From the NCBI GenBank assembly GCA_019136655.1, contig JAGVTU010000012.1, positions 19,813-83,812 of the forward strand: DNA of 64,000 bases, written 5' to 3'. Position 1 is the first letter of the stretch. Each line of letters begins with the position of its first letter. The notes under the pieces were generated by a model. The model saw nothing but the letters and a program-made list of their open reading frames with translations. It was not told the origin of the DNA and searched no databases. Positions 1 to 10,597 of this stretch are shown piece by piece. A program made the position numbers and the translations under genes. This DNA is from Bacteroidota bacterium (GTDB taxonomy: Bacteria; Bacteroidota; Bacteroidia; AKYH767-A; OLB10).

Positions 1-2
1 CA

Positions 3-2309
3 ACTCCTATAATAGTATGTAATGACGAAATACAGGTTGGTGACCCGGGATTCCAGGCTTTCGGAAACAGTTGCGACTTCCCAAATAGCAGCACCTGTCT
101 TGCAAGAGCAGAAAGAGGGTCCGGTTGGTATCAGATAAATATTAATGCTTCTGGTCGTTTGGAATTTTCTATTGTTCCTAACGACTGGATTGGCGCCCCA
201 ACAACTGCATGCACCGATTACGATTTCGCAATTTGGAAAATTGCAGGCTCCGGTGCTACTGACTGTAATGGAATAAAAGCAGGTGCTGCTGCAGTAAGAT
301 GTAATTATAGTCCATTAGGTGTAACCGGTCTTAACAGTGCATCCAATAATAATGCGCCAACTGAATATCCGGGTTTTAACAATGCTTTCAACTCAGGAAT
401 TAATGTTGTTGCCGGAGAAGTTTATTTGCTTATTGTAAGTAACTATACAAACAGTTCATCCGGATTTACTTTAAAGTTCCCTTCCGGCTCACCTGTAGAT
501 TTTGCAGCAGCTGGTGCCAATGCTTATTGGACAGGTGCTGAAAATGATGACTGGTTCAATCCACTCAACTGGGGTAGTTGTAATATTCCCAGTTGCACTG
601 TAAATGCAATAATTCCTTTTTCGAGTGCAAATCAGCCTAACGTAAAAACTACAGGTGCTTCATGTAAGGACTTGAATGTTGAGGCAGGAGGAACGTTAGC
701 TATAAGTAACTTCCAATACTTAACAGTTTGCGGTAACATAAACAACAAAGGATTATTGGATATTGCTCCGGGGTCAGGATTTATGATGACTATACCGTCA
801 GTAAATCAGGATATAGACGGCAACCTGGTTGCTCCAAACAGAATAGGAAATATTCAAATAAACAAGAGCGGTGGCATTGTTACCTTAAAACAAAACATGG
901 AAATGCAGGGAAGCCTTACCATAAATGGCTCCAGCTCGAGATTTGATGCTATTGACAAGACACTTACTTTGAATGGAAACCTTACAAATGCAGCCGGACA
1001 ATTTAATATGGGTAACAATGGTAATCTCGTATTATCCGGTACAATAACACAAAATATTTATGATGTTGACACACTCACGAATGTAATTGTAAATAAAACA
1101 GGAGGAACTGTAAATCTTCTAAGCAACATGAAGATTGGACCAACAGGAAGTTTAAATTTATTATCTTCAAGAATTATTACAGGTACTAATGAGGTACAAA
1201 TAATGAATGATGCATCAGGTGCGGTAAGCCCGGGTAATTCGTCCAGCTATGTTGAAGGTTTATTGAGAAGAAATGTACCTACTAGTATTGCTGCGCGCAA
1301 CTATGATTTCCCCGTTGGTAATGCAACTAAAGGTTATCAGAGAATTAACTTAAATTTATATAATGGTATAGATCCTGCCGTTGGAAGTATTCAGGCAAAA
1401 TTCAATGAATTCTCCTCTGTAGTATGGAGTATAGGATTGGATGCACCCTGTTTGGTAAATTATGGTGATACTATGCTGAACAATGGTTACTGGACACTGA
1501 CGCCTGCAGGTTCTGCAAACAGTCAGGCAAATGTTACACTTTACAATACCAACTATACAAATCCAAAATCCAATTTTACGGTTGGTACGAATCCTGAAGG
1601 ACTTGGATGGATTATTCCACCAATAATCACAGGACCATGCATTACACCACCTGCAACTGCTGTTTTAAGAAATGGCGTAGGAATGAACCTGCAAGCCGGA
1701 CAGCCGTTCTTACTCGGAACGTTACAGGGTAATCCATCACCACTGCCTGTTGAATTATTATCTTTCGAAGCAACTGCTGGCGATTACTCTATATTCCTAA
1801 CCTGGTCAACAGCCAGTGAAAAGAACAATGCAGGATTCCATTTGCAACGAAGTATTGATGGATATAACTTCGAAAACATTGCATGGATAGATGGTAATGG
1901 AACAACCAATACAACAAACAACTATGGTTTCGAAGATAAAAATGTTAAACCGGGTGTGATGTATTATTATCAGTTGAAACAGGTTGACTACAATGGTGAA
2001 TTTGAATATAGCCCGATAAGAAATGCTAAAATATCAAGCAGAAATCAGGTGACTATCTCAGCTATTCCAAACCCTTATCATGGCAACACTAAGATTACTT
2101 ATTCGTTGCCCGAAGATGGAACAGTAGTAATACTTATAACTGATGCTACAGGAAGAATTATCAAGAATATAGATTTAGGTTATCAATCCGGTGGCGATTA
2201 CAGAATACCTTTCAGTGCAGTTGCTGAAGGTTATGCAGCAGGAATGTACAACGTTACACTGTACTTCAATGATAAACCTTATCGAATAAAACTTTCAGAG
2301 TATAAATAA
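3..2309 (+). CDS. Secreted T9SS cargo protein, 5-prime end cut by the window edge (Fn3-like pre-CTD module plus type A Por C-terminal sorting domain)
   Basis: This frame is open from nt 3 with no stop before the track's TTG at 159, so the gene starts upstream of the window. The last ~80 aa (ISAIPNPYHGNTKITYSLPEDGTVVILITDATGRII...MYNVTLYFNDKPYRIKL) fit the T9SS type A sorting-domain pattern. The preceding module PLPVELLSFEA..W..ASEKNNAGF.LQRS.DG recurs in the 18428..22129 protein. Confidence 0.8.
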   Translation, partial: TPIIVCNDEIQVGDPGFQAFGNSCDFPNSSTCLARAERGSGWYQININASGRLEFSIVPNDWIGAPTTACTDYDFAIWKIAGSGATDCNGIKAGAAAVRCNYSPLGVTGLNSASNNNAPTEYPGFNNAFNSGINVVAGEVYLLIVSNYTNSSSGFTLKFPSGSPVDFAAAGANAYWTGAENDDWFNPLNWGSCNIPSCTVNAIIPFSSANQPNVKTTGASCKDLNVEAGGTLAISNFQYLTVCGNINNKGLLDIAPGSGFMMTIPSVNQDIDGNLVAPNRIGNIQINKSGGIVTLKQNMEMQGSLTINGSSSRFDAIDKTLTLNGNLTNAAGQFNMGNNGNLVLSGTITQNIYDVDTLTNVIVNKTGGTVNLLSNMKIGPTGSLNLLSSRIITGTNEVQIMNDASGAVSPGNSSSYVEGLLRRNVPTSIAARNYDFPVGNATKGYQRINLNLYNGIDPAVGSIQAKFNEFSSVVWSIGLDAPCLVNYGDTMLNNGYWTLTPAGSANSQANVTLYNTNYTNPKSNFTVGTNPEGLGWIIPPIITGPCITPPATAVLRNGVGMNLQAGQPFLLGTLQGNPSPLPVELLSFEATAGDYSIFLTWSTASEKNNAGFHLQRSIDGYNFENIAWIDGNGTTNTTNNYGFEDKNVKPGVMYYYQLKQVDYNGEFEYSPIRNAKISSRNQVTISAIPNPYHGNTKITYSLPEDGTVVILITDATGRIIKNIDLGYQSGGDYRIPFSAVAEGYAAGMYNVTLYFNDKPYRIKLSEYK

Positions 2310-2310
2310 T

Positions 2311-5300
2311 TCAGCGACTGTATAAGTCTCTTAACCTGACAGGATTCAGTTTGTGCAAGTCAAATACAAACCGAATCCTGTCAGTGTATTTATAGCCGTT
2401 CAAATCATAGTAAGTTTTTATCTCTTTGGAAATAACAATCGGGAGATAAACTTCAATTGCATCTTTAAAAATACTCAGACAGATGCCTGCATCATATCTT
2501 ACTGATGAAGCTCCCGGAGTGACTGCAGATGCTTTATAAAAACTTATCAGGTCTGCAAATACTTTGATACCGGGTAAGGGAGTTTTTATAGAAGTGTTGA
2601 TACCAAACATCCAGTGATTAGTCTTTACAGGATAATAAGCTTTCATTCCTCCGTCTCTCATCACCATTTGATGACTCCAGAAGCCCGAACCATCATTTCG
2701 CCCACTATAAAATTCCTGCATCAGATAATCATCTTTACCCATCCAGGCACTTGTAGTAAAATTAGCTTCTCCGTCATAATTGTTTTTATACAAAAATGTT
2801 CCTGCAAAAAATCTCAGATATAAATCCTTTTTGCGCTTAGTAAGTGTAAATTCTTTCTCCACTGAAACCTGACTTTTGATATATCCTTCTCCTCTTTCGG
2901 TCATCCATTCAACAGTTGAAGGATCTGTCTGACTGTAACTATTTCTCAGAAATGCAACTTGCTGAAACATTCTTCTCTGCCAGAATAAATGATCAGGTTT
3001 GTATTCATATCTTTTGGTAAAATTCAATATATTACTTGCTCTGAAACTGTACTCTACATCAGGCTTACAATAAGACTTTGCTACTCTTAACTTTATTTGT
3101 ACCGGCAATGAAAAATAATCCTGATTGTAGAATTCATTTCTTGAACTCACATATTGCCTGTCTGCACGAAAATAACGTGGCTTGGCAGTAACATCTATCC
3201 TGTCAATAAAAGTCTTGTCCAATAAAATGCTATAATTAAACATAGCAGTACCTGCAGGTGTGCGCGATTTGAAACCATACATCGGCATTAATGAAAACTC
3301 AAATTTCTTTTTCAGCGCTGAGATGTTATGCAAAATGACACCTGCCATCAAACCATTGTAACTGTTATATCCAATTGCCGGAAGATAAAACAATTGTGTT
3401 CGTAATGGATTCTCATATTTCGACAGGAATGAAAACTCAACTTTATTAAATCTGCGAAAGATTCCTCTGGTTCTGTAAAAATTATTCAGCGGATAATAAT
3501 CAAAAGTATAATCGGGACTGTCAACCAGAAAATAATCTGCATCGTCTGTCTTGAAAGCAACTTCTGTTTTTTTATTGAATGGCTCAACCCATGCTGAATT
3601 TAATAATTGATCATTGCGATAAGCAGAAATAGAAACCGGCACTGAGAGATGACCTGAATTTTTCAGTTTTATGTTGTAAATGTTTCCTGTTTTTTTTACA
3701 CCAACTATTTTAAAATCTGATTTATTTTTCGAGGAAATTACTTTCTTGAAAAACCATTCCAGTGATTTACCAGATATCTTTTCAAATACTTGCCTGATAT
3801 CATCAGGATAAGGATGCTTAAACTTCCATTCATTAAAATACTGCTGCATACATAAATCGAAAAGCGAATCTCCCAGATACTCTTTCAGCGAATAAAAATT
3901 TACCGCAGTCTTTGAATAGACAATTGCGCCATAATTTAAAGGTGTATAGCAGCTGCTTGTTAAATCACCGGGCTGATCATTGTTTTGCCTTGAAAGAAGG
4001 TGATAAAAAAGGTTGTTTAAATCAAATGGTTTTAAATGTTCTATGCCCACTTTTTTTATCATCCATTCAGGCAGTTGAAGGTAATCTCTGATGTAATTCT
4101 TATTGTTGTATTTCGAATCTCTGAATGATACTTCATAAAATGTGTTGATACCTTCATCCATCCATGCATGATCGCGTTCATTACTGCCAAGAATACCATA
4201 AAACCAGTTGTGTCCTACTTCATGCGTGATTGATTCACACAAATCCAATTCCGAAGTTGAATTTCCAATAACAGTAATGGTAGGATACTCCATTCCCACT
4301 CCTGCTGCAAGTGTGCCATCAACAGCTGTGCAAATGCCATAAGGGTATTCTCCAACTTTCTCAGAATAAAATTTTACAGCATCTGCAACTTCTGATGCTG
4401 CTTTCAACCACAGATAAGGTTGCGAATTGGTAAAATAAGCGTAGCACTCCACCTGTTTTCCTGATTGTGGCAGTTGGATTGTTTTATGACTTATATGAAA
4501 TCTCTTATCTGCAAACCATGCAAAATCATGCACACTGTCAATAACAAACTGAATGGTTTTTAATTTATCGGACGACAATGGAAAAGAATTGTCGGAACTG
4601 TAAGTTGAGACAGCAGATGATTCTGCAATTTTATTTTTTATAAACTCAATTTCTGATGGTGTCTGCAAATATCCGCTTGCTGCTACTACATAATTTTCAG
4701 GCAGTGTAATACTTACATCAAACGATCCATATTCCGAATAAAATTCTCCCTGTGACAAGTATGGCATTGGATGCCATCCATACTTATCGTAAACAGCAGG
4801 CTTAGGATACCATTGCGATATCATGTAAGAATCGCCAACGTGTCCAAGTCTTGAAAATTTAGCATCAGGAATTTTTACTCTGAAAGGTGTTGTAATTGTA
4901 ATCGAGTCTTCAGGCTTAAGAGGCTGATTTAATATCAGACGACAAATGTCTGCATTCACAGAATCATAGACAACCGTTACAGGTTTGTTGTTCACTTTAA
5001 AATTCAACTCATCCATGAATCCTCTGATTGAATCCGGTGCAAAATACAATTGCATATTGCCTTCACTTACAAACTGTTTGCACAATGCCGAAGTTCTGTC
5101 CTTATAGCCATTTGGCCAGAGATGAAAATAAATTTCAGTAAGCACATCCGGAGAGTGATTGATATATTTTATTTCAGCATCTCCGTTTAGCTGATGTTTT
5201 TTGTCATCAAGTGCAACTTTAATCTTATACTCCACCCGCTGCTGAAAATATGTTTTGCTATTACTTGCGAAAGCTGTACTTGCCAACAGACAAAAACAGA

Positions 5301-5352
5301 AACACACAATTGAAGTCATGTGTGTAAAATATCTATGCATTTTTCTCATCAT
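2311..5352 (-). CDS. M1-family zinc metallopeptidase (aminopeptidase N-like), secreted
   Basis: 1013-aa ORF. It has an exact HEXXH-x18-E zinc motif (HEVGHNWFYGILGSNERDHAWMDE) preceded by a GxMEN-like GVGMEYP, and an N-terminal signal-like segment MTSIVCFCFCLLASTAFA. Its start overlaps the yggS stop (ATGA). Confidence 0.85.
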   Translation of the reverse strand: MMRKMHRYFTHMTSIVCFCFCLLASTAFASNSKTYFQQRVEYKIKVALDDKKHQLNGDAEIKYINHSPDVLTEIYFHLWPNGYKDRTSALCKQFVSEGNMQLYFAPDSIRGFMDELNFKVNNKPVTVVYDSVNADICRLILNQPLKPEDSITITTPFRVKIPDAKFSRLGHVGDSYMISQWYPKPAVYDKYGWHPMPYLSQGEFYSEYGSFDVSITLPENYVVAASGYLQTPSEIEFIKNKIAESSAVSTYSSDNSFPLSSDKLKTIQFVIDSVHDFAWFADKRFHISHKTIQLPQSGKQVECYAYFTNSQPYLWLKAASEVADAVKFYSEKVGEYPYGICTAVDGTLAAGVGMEYPTITVIGNSTSELDLCESITHEVGHNWFYGILGSNERDHAWMDEGINTFYEVSFRDSKYNNKNYIRDYLQLPEWMIKKVGIEHLKPFDLNNLFYHLLSRQNNDQPGDLTSSCYTPLNYGAIVYSKTAVNFYSLKEYLGDSLFDLCMQQYFNEWKFKHPYPDDIRQVFEKISGKSLEWFFKKVISSKNKSDFKIVGVKKTGNIYNIKLKNSGHLSVPVSISAYRNDQLLNSAWVEPFNKKTEVAFKTDDADYFLVDSPDYTFDYYPLNNFYRTRGIFRRFNKVEFSFLSKYENPLRTQLFYLPAIGYNSYNGLMAGVILHNISALKKKFEFSLMPMYGFKSRTPAGTAMFNYSILLDKTFIDRIDVTAKPRYFRADRQYVSSRNEFYNQDYFSLPVQIKLRVAKSYCKPDVEYSFRASNILNFTKRYEYKPDHLFWQRRMFQQVAFLRNSYSQTDPSTVEWMTERGEGYIKSQVSVEKEFTLTKRKKDLYLRFFAGTFLYKNNYDGEANFTTSAWMGKDDYLMQEFYSGRNDGSGFWSHQMVMRDGGMKAYYPVKTNHWMFGINTSIKTPLPGIKVFADLISFYKASAVTPGASSVRYDAGICLSIFKDAIEVYLPIVISKEIKTYYDLNGYKYTDRIRFVFDLHKLNPVRLRDLYSR
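2336..2384. terminator. Imperfect 18-bp inverted repeat at a convergent gene junction (possible bidirectional terminator)
   Basis: ctgacaggattcagtttg (2336-2353) pairs with caaaccgaatcctgtcag (2367-2384), with one mismatch and a 13-nt loop. It lies 27 nt past the stop of the plus-strand gene and inside the last codons of the minus-strand peptidase gene. Confidence 0.35.
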
Positions 5353-6005
5353 CTGCTTCCAAACAATGCTGAACCAATTCTTATCATTGTACTGCCTTCA
5401 TCAAGTGCAATTTTATAATCTGAAGTCATGCCCATACTTAAAACAGGCGTGACTGTTTTATCCAATCCCGGCTTTATTTTATCAAATAGATTTTTCAATG
5501 ATTTAAATTCTGCACGTATCTGTGAAATGTTGTCAGTGTTACTGGCCATGCCCATCAGTCCTGCAATGCGAATATTTGTATAGGAAGAAAAACCATTATC
5601 AAAAAGGTTTAATACTTCATCTGCATCTAAACCAAATTTTGTCTCTTCTGTAGCAATATACACCTGAATAAGTACATTTATTTTCCGATGGTATTTTCCT
5701 GTAATTCTATCAATTTCTGAGAGCAACTTCACGCTGTCAACTGTTTGTATTGTATGAACAAAAGGTGCTATATATTTAATTTTATTACTCTGAAGGTGTC
5801 CGATAAAATGCCATTCTATATTCTGCGGAAGCTGAGGTTGTTTCTCACAAAGTTCCTGAACATAATTTTCTCCAAAAATATGCTGCCCCTGAGCTAGTGC
5901 ATATTCAATATCAGTCAAAGGCTTTTTTTTAGAAACCGCGACCAGCGTAGCTTGATAAGGTTTGAGCTCCTGAATCAGTTTCTGATAAGACAGTGAATCG
6001 AACAT
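5349..6005 (-). CDS. yggS: YggS-family pyridoxal-phosphate homeostasis protein
   Basis: 218 aa, the typical length. Motifs VAVSKKKP (PLP lysine region) and HFIGHLQSNK, plus the C-terminal IRIGSALFG, are characteristic of YggS/PROSC proteins. Confidence 0.85.
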   Translation of the reverse strand: MFDSLSYQKLIQELKPYQATLVAVSKKKPLTDIEYALAQGQHIFGENYVQELCEKQPQLPQNIEWHFIGHLQSNKIKYIAPFVHTIQTVDSVKLLSEIDRITGKYHRKINVLIQVYIATEETKFGLDADEVLNLFDNGFSSYTNIRIAGLMGMASNTDNISQIRAEFKSLKNLFDKIKPGLDKTVTPVLSMGMTSDYKIALDEGSTMIRIGSALFGSR

Positions 6006-6296
6006 ATAAGAATTATTCAGGGGTAAATTTCAGGTTTTAATCATATCAAATAATCAATAATCAAAAAAATCATCCACATCAGCCGTTTAAAAACCTTACG
6101 CTAGCGCTTTTAATACTGTAAAACAACAATACTCTATTCTGTCGTAAAAAAAATTTACAATCACAGAAGTCGTAAATCCGATATGCTGAAGATTAAAAAA
6201 ATGCAAGCCATGTTGAAAACACAGCCTGCATATCAGATAGTAAAAATGGTTTATCCGGAAAACCGCTATTAAGGTGCCGTTACTTTAAGTTTTTCA

Positions 6297-6304
6297 TACT
6301 TTTG
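6297..6304 (+). promoter_or_regulatory. Bacteroidota sigma-A -7 box (TAnnTTTG)
   Basis: TACTTTTG lies 19 nt upstream of the ATG at 6323, in a 317-bp divergent intergenic region. Confidence 0.5.
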
Positions 6305-6322
6305 AACTAAATATTTTAGAAA

Positions 6323-7843
6323 ATGAAAAAAGTATTTGTTGCCATTTTATTTTTTCTTGGTGCAGCTTCATTAAGTTTTGGCCAAGGTGATTTTTTAAAA
6401 GATAGTCTGGACAACTATATCAAACGCGAAATGAATATCTGGAAAATACCGGGTGTAGCCATCGGTATAGTTAAGGATGGAAAAGTTGTTGTATTAAAAG
6501 GATATGGTGTGAAGGAAATAGGCAGAACAGAACCTGTTGATGAAAACACTTTGTTTCAGATAGCAAGCAATACCAAAGCATTTACAGGAACTGCAATTGC
6601 CATGCTCGACAATGAAAAGCGTTTGAGTCTTGATGAAAGAGTTCTTAAATACATACCCTGGTTTGCATTAAAAGATCCAAATGCCACAGAGATGGTGACT
6701 GTAAAAGACATTTTGTGCCACAGAATTGGATTCAGTACATTTCAGAGTGATTTTTTGAATTGGAACTGCAATTTGACTGAAGAAGAGTTGATAAAAAACA
6801 TGAGGAATGTAGATGCAAAACATAAGCTCCGCTATAAATATGGCTACTGCAATATGGGATATGTTACTGCAGGTGCAGTAATTAAAGCTGTAACTGATAC
6901 ATCATGGCAGGATTTTTTCCAACATCGCTTTTTCGATAAATTAGATATGAAAAGATCTTCAGTTTATTACTCTAAAATTGTGAGCGACAGCAATGCTGCC
7001 AAACCTTATACTTTGATAAACGGACAACTTGTAAGATTAGATTATGCAAATATTGACAATATTGGTGCATGTGCAGGAATCAACTCAAGTGCAAGTGATA
7101 TGACGCATTGGTTGTTGATGCAATTAAACAATGGCCGTTACAACGGAGTTGAAGTAGTGCCTGAAACAGTTATTAAAACTACACGAAACTCTTACACAAT
7201 TAACAGAGAATCGGCAATTCCATCAAGACCTTATAATCACTTTGCGAATTATGGTTTAGGCTGGGTACTGGAGGATATGTATGGTTCACTGGCAGTTTCG
7301 CATAACGGAGGGGCTAATGGCTTTGTAACAAACACCACATTACTGCCTGAACTTAATGCAGGTTTTGTTATACTTACCAATACAGATGCTAATTGGTTTT
7401 ATGTTGCCTTACGTCAGCAGTTGATCAGTTATTTTGCCGGGCAACCATATTCCAATATAAGTGCTGCTTACTACAAAAGATTTGAAACTAATGACAAGAA
7501 GGATCAGGAAGAAATTAAAGCACTTGAAGACAAAACAAAATCCAATCCTAAATTATCTGTAAGCAATGATGCTGTTGCAGGAAAATATAAAAATGCAGTG
7601 TATGGAGAAATAGAAATCAGAAAAACCAAAAAAGGCTTGACGATGTATTTCAGTCATCATCCATTTCTGAAAGGAGAATTAGTACCTACAGGTGCAGAAA
7701 CATTGTTATGTAAATTCAGTGATCCAACGTATGGCATTCATGAATTTCCTCTCGAAATCATAAATGGAAAAGTAAAATCAATTACCGTAAAAGTGAATGA
7801 CTTTGTTGACTACGATCCGTATCGTTTCGAAAAAACTGAATGA
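6323..7843 (+). CDS. Serine hydrolase of the beta-lactamase / penicillin-binding family (class C-like), secreted
   Basis: Signal peptide MKKVFVAILFFLGAASLSFGQ, SxxK motif (ASNTKAF), a downstream YxN-like YCN, and an extra ~100-aa C-terminal domain. Confidence 0.75.
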   Translation: MKKVFVAILFFLGAASLSFGQGDFLKDSLDNYIKREMNIWKIPGVAIGIVKDGKVVVLKGYGVKEIGRTEPVDENTLFQIASNTKAFTGTAIAMLDNEKRLSLDERVLKYIPWFALKDPNATEMVTVKDILCHRIGFSTFQSDFLNWNCNLTEEELIKNMRNVDAKHKLRYKYGYCNMGYVTAGAVIKAVTDTSWQDFFQHRFFDKLDMKRSSVYYSKIVSDSNAAKPYTLINGQLVRLDYANIDNIGACAGINSSASDMTHWLLMQLNNGRYNGVEVVPETVIKTTRNSYTINRESAIPSRPYNHFANYGLGWVLEDMYGSLAVSHNGGANGFVTNTTLLPELNAGFVILTNTDANWFYVALRQQLISYFAGQPYSNISAAYYKRFETNDKKDQEEIKALEDKTKSNPKLSVSNDAVAGKYKNAVYGEIEIRKTKKGLTMYFSHHPFLKGELVPTGAETLLCKFSDPTYGIHEFPLEIINGKVKSITVKVNDFVDYDPYRFEKTE

Positions 7844-7847
7844 GAAA

Positions 7848-10496
7848 TTATAATTCGTAGAATGTGAGTTTGCCCTTGCCTTCAAGAACCAACAAATAGA
7901 TTTTACTTCCGATGGTCATATTAGCATAACCATTTGCAGGCACAGGAAATCCTGAAACCTGTTTCAGAAGGCTGTCAAACAAGTTTAAAGTTTTATCAGT
8001 ACTCAGAACACAATACACACTGTTTTCAGCTGATATAACAGAAGATTTTCCAACCTGCCCTTTAAGTTCTGCACTTGCAATAATATTGTTATCGGCCGAA
8101 ATTTTTGAAATCCGATTCTCAGTAAGCGTATAATTAAAGATGTTGCCCCCTTCTGTGGTTTGGCCTAACCATTGCAATGCAGGCGTACCGCTAATCTTGG
8201 CAAATGTTCCATCGTTTTTGATTCTTAATTTATTTCCATCCACATCCAGGCATGCAAATTCAGGAACAGAATCATTTGTCCAGTGATAATTTGACAAATT
8301 AAGTTCATTTACCGGTTTTAGCAGACGACTCTTGCCATCCATGGTGTAATACATCAAATTCTGATCATCAATAAATACAACAGACCTTCCATCAGGGCTG
8401 ACAGTACTTTCAAATTTGTTTCCGCTCCATTTAATGTTGCTCCAGTCCTTTGCAGGTCGCCCTCCATAATTAAAAGCATAAACAATCCGATTATTGCAAG
8501 GAACGAAATAAATGGCACTTGCAGGAGAAGAAGTTAATCCTATAGTTGTTGCAGCAGGAAGTTTTTGTGGATACTTAGCAGCAACCGTTCCACTTTCAGT
8601 GACTATATAAACCTGCGAAACTGTAGCAAAAGCAAACTGCAACTTGCCATCATTATCAGAAGCACCCTGACAAATATTTCCAATAACAGCTGTATCCAGT
8701 TGAAGTGTCCACCTGTTGTTTCCGCTCTGGTCCAAACAATGAAGTATCATTGCATCATCCTGATATAAAATAAAGATTTCTTTATCACGGCTGAACATAA
8801 ACGGACCATTGAGTAAAGTTGTATCAGAAAAAAAAGTCCACAGTTTGGTTACTTTCTGCTTTGGTTCCGGATTTTGAGTTGTAATAATAAAATTGCAATT
8901 ACCTTCTGAATTCTGCACATTGGATACGGAATAATAAAAAGTACTGAACCGTTCAAGATAATTACTGCGTGATAACATCTTTCGGGTTGCCTCATTAGAA
9001 ACTCTCTGCCACACAGGTGTACATTGTTCTGGCCGTATTAACAATGCATACATGTTGCGCTCTGCCTTTTTTATTTCGGCCTGCATAGTCTCAGGTAATT
9101 GCGTAATAAGCAAACCTCCTTCTACATCTTCAATATATTTTCTCAGCAGACTGGGTTTGTTTGCAAAGACAAGAAAATTATTGTGGAGTGTGTAGTAGTT
9201 TTTGCGGATAACAGTAAATGAGTTCCCAAACAAAGCAGGTAATAACCCATCTACATCCATCAACCGAATTTCGTGATTTTTAAATTGCTCTACTGCTGCA
9301 GGCTTACCATTTTTTCTGATTGCTTTATCTATCTGACTCATTGTCTGCAAAGCATCTTTCTTACTTTTTACTTTAATAAATGCCAGTGTGTTATTATCCA
9401 GATTTCCGGACGGATTTCCCGACAAAGCAAGTGCTACTTCAGTATCTATTATCTTCTTAAATTTTTCTCTTACAGGAAAACCTGCATCCTTTTCGGTCTT
9501 GGCTATATTTTTTTCTGCCTGAAGAACATATTCGTTTTCGGACATTTTTTTTCTGTTCTCTCCTATCCAGTTACATTCGTCAGAAAAAGAATATGTCTGA
9601 TATGCTATGGTATTTTGCGATAAAGCTTTTACAACTTCTGATACTCCCCCATGACAATTATTAAATCCTGATATCATTTGCATAGAGTCGTTTGCCAAAA
9701 TAAAACCTTTTGCAGTAATCTGTTTCTTTTCAAAAGTTAAAGCATGAACTGACCAACCTGCCCACACTGACAACTCATGCAACTTATCACTAAAATCAGA
9801 ATTGAGTGAAACAGAAAACAAAGTGCTTAACTGCGGATAGTTTATTGCAACAACAGACTGAGCTGATGCCGATACAGAGCTGAATAAGTTTACCAGATTT
9901 TTATTACCCCAAAAAGCCTTTCCGGTTTCCTGCTGACGGATTGCATCTTCAACCAAACCTGAAGTAAAACTTCCTATGAATACTCCATTCGAAACAGAAA
10001 AAGTAAACTGCCATCCCTGTGAAAAATTGATTTCATAAATTTCTTTCCCTGAAAAAGAACGCTGTTTGTATTCATCAGGTTGTTCGCCTAATAGCGTTTT
10101 GCGCATGGTGGCAATGCTTATATCTTTTGGTGAAGGCATCAGAAAAAGCAAATCTGCTTTCTCTGCTCCTGTTACCTGCAGCGAAACAATAGTCTGTTCT
10201 GACTCAAGAAGGTCAGCAATTTCAGATTGATCGGCTGTGTTTTGAAGTAATATTTCAAATTCCTTTCTGATATCGCCAATGAGTGACAAGGTATCGAGTT
10301 GATTCCATATGCCCTGCTTGTCAAGTTCAGTGTAAATGTTGTTTAAATTACCTTTAATGATTAAAGCTGCACTTGGAGGAAGGGCTTCTTCAGGGTTAGA
10401 AAATTTCTCTTTATAAACAGAAAAGTAATAATATCCTACTGCCAGTAAAGCAATAATAAAAATGGAAATGATGGACGATGCAACAACTCTGTTCAC
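7848..10496 (-). CDS. Uncharacterised membrane-anchored protein (882 aa)
   Basis: Long uninterrupted ORF with a GTG start directly before a single N-terminal TM helix (SSIISIFIIALLAVGYYYF). I recognise no catalytic motif. The C-terminal third is beta-rich and repeat-like. Confidence 0.7.
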   Translation of the reverse strand: MNRVVASSIISIFIIALLAVGYYYFSVYKEKFSNPEEALPPSAALIIKGNLNNIYTELDKQGIWNQLDTLSLIGDIRKEFEILLQNTADQSEIADLLESEQTIVSLQVTGAEKADLLFLMPSPKDISIATMRKTLLGEQPDEYKQRSFSGKEIYEINFSQGWQFTFSVSNGVFIGSFTSGLVEDAIRQQETGKAFWGNKNLVNLFSSVSASAQSVVAINYPQLSTLFSVSLNSDFSDKLHELSVWAGWSVHALTFEKKQITAKGFILANDSMQMISGFNNCHGGVSEVVKALSQNTIAYQTYSFSDECNWIGENRKKMSENEYVLQAEKNIAKTEKDAGFPVREKFKKIIDTEVALALSGNPSGNLDNNTLAFIKVKSKKDALQTMSQIDKAIRKNGKPAAVEQFKNHEIRLMDVDGLLPALFGNSFTVIRKNYYTLHNNFLVFANKPSLLRKYIEDVEGGLLITQLPETMQAEIKKAERNMYALLIRPEQCTPVWQRVSNEATRKMLSRSNYLERFSTFYYSVSNVQNSEGNCNFIITTQNPEPKQKVTKLWTFFSDTTLLNGPFMFSRDKEIFILYQDDAMILHCLDQSGNNRWTLQLDTAVIGNICQGASDNDGKLQFAFATVSQVYIVTESGTVAAKYPQKLPAATTIGLTSSPASAIYFVPCNNRIVYAFNYGGRPAKDWSNIKWSGNKFESTVSPDGRSVVFIDDQNLMYYTMDGKSRLLKPVNELNLSNYHWTNDSVPEFACLDVDGNKLRIKNDGTFAKISGTPALQWLGQTTEGGNIFNYTLTENRISKISADNNIIASAELKGQVGKSSVISAENSVYCVLSTDKTLNLFDSLLKQVSGFPVPANGYANMTIGSKIYLLVLEGKGKLTFYEL

Positions 10497-10597
10497 AGAA
10501 ATAAATCTGTTTCAAAACTACAGGGTTGATAGCTGTAACAAACCCGAGAAACATCAATGTTATTTACACAATGATGTTAATTTTACAAGTAAAACAG

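Noticed and set aside
6183-6272. 29-aa small ORF (MLKIKKMQAMLKTQPAYQIVKMVYPENRY) in the 317-bp yggS / hydrolase intergenic region
   Set aside because: It has no upstream promoter box, no recognisable motif and no hydrophobic segment. An ORF of this length is expected by chance in AT-rich DNA. It should be revisited only if conserved in related genomes.
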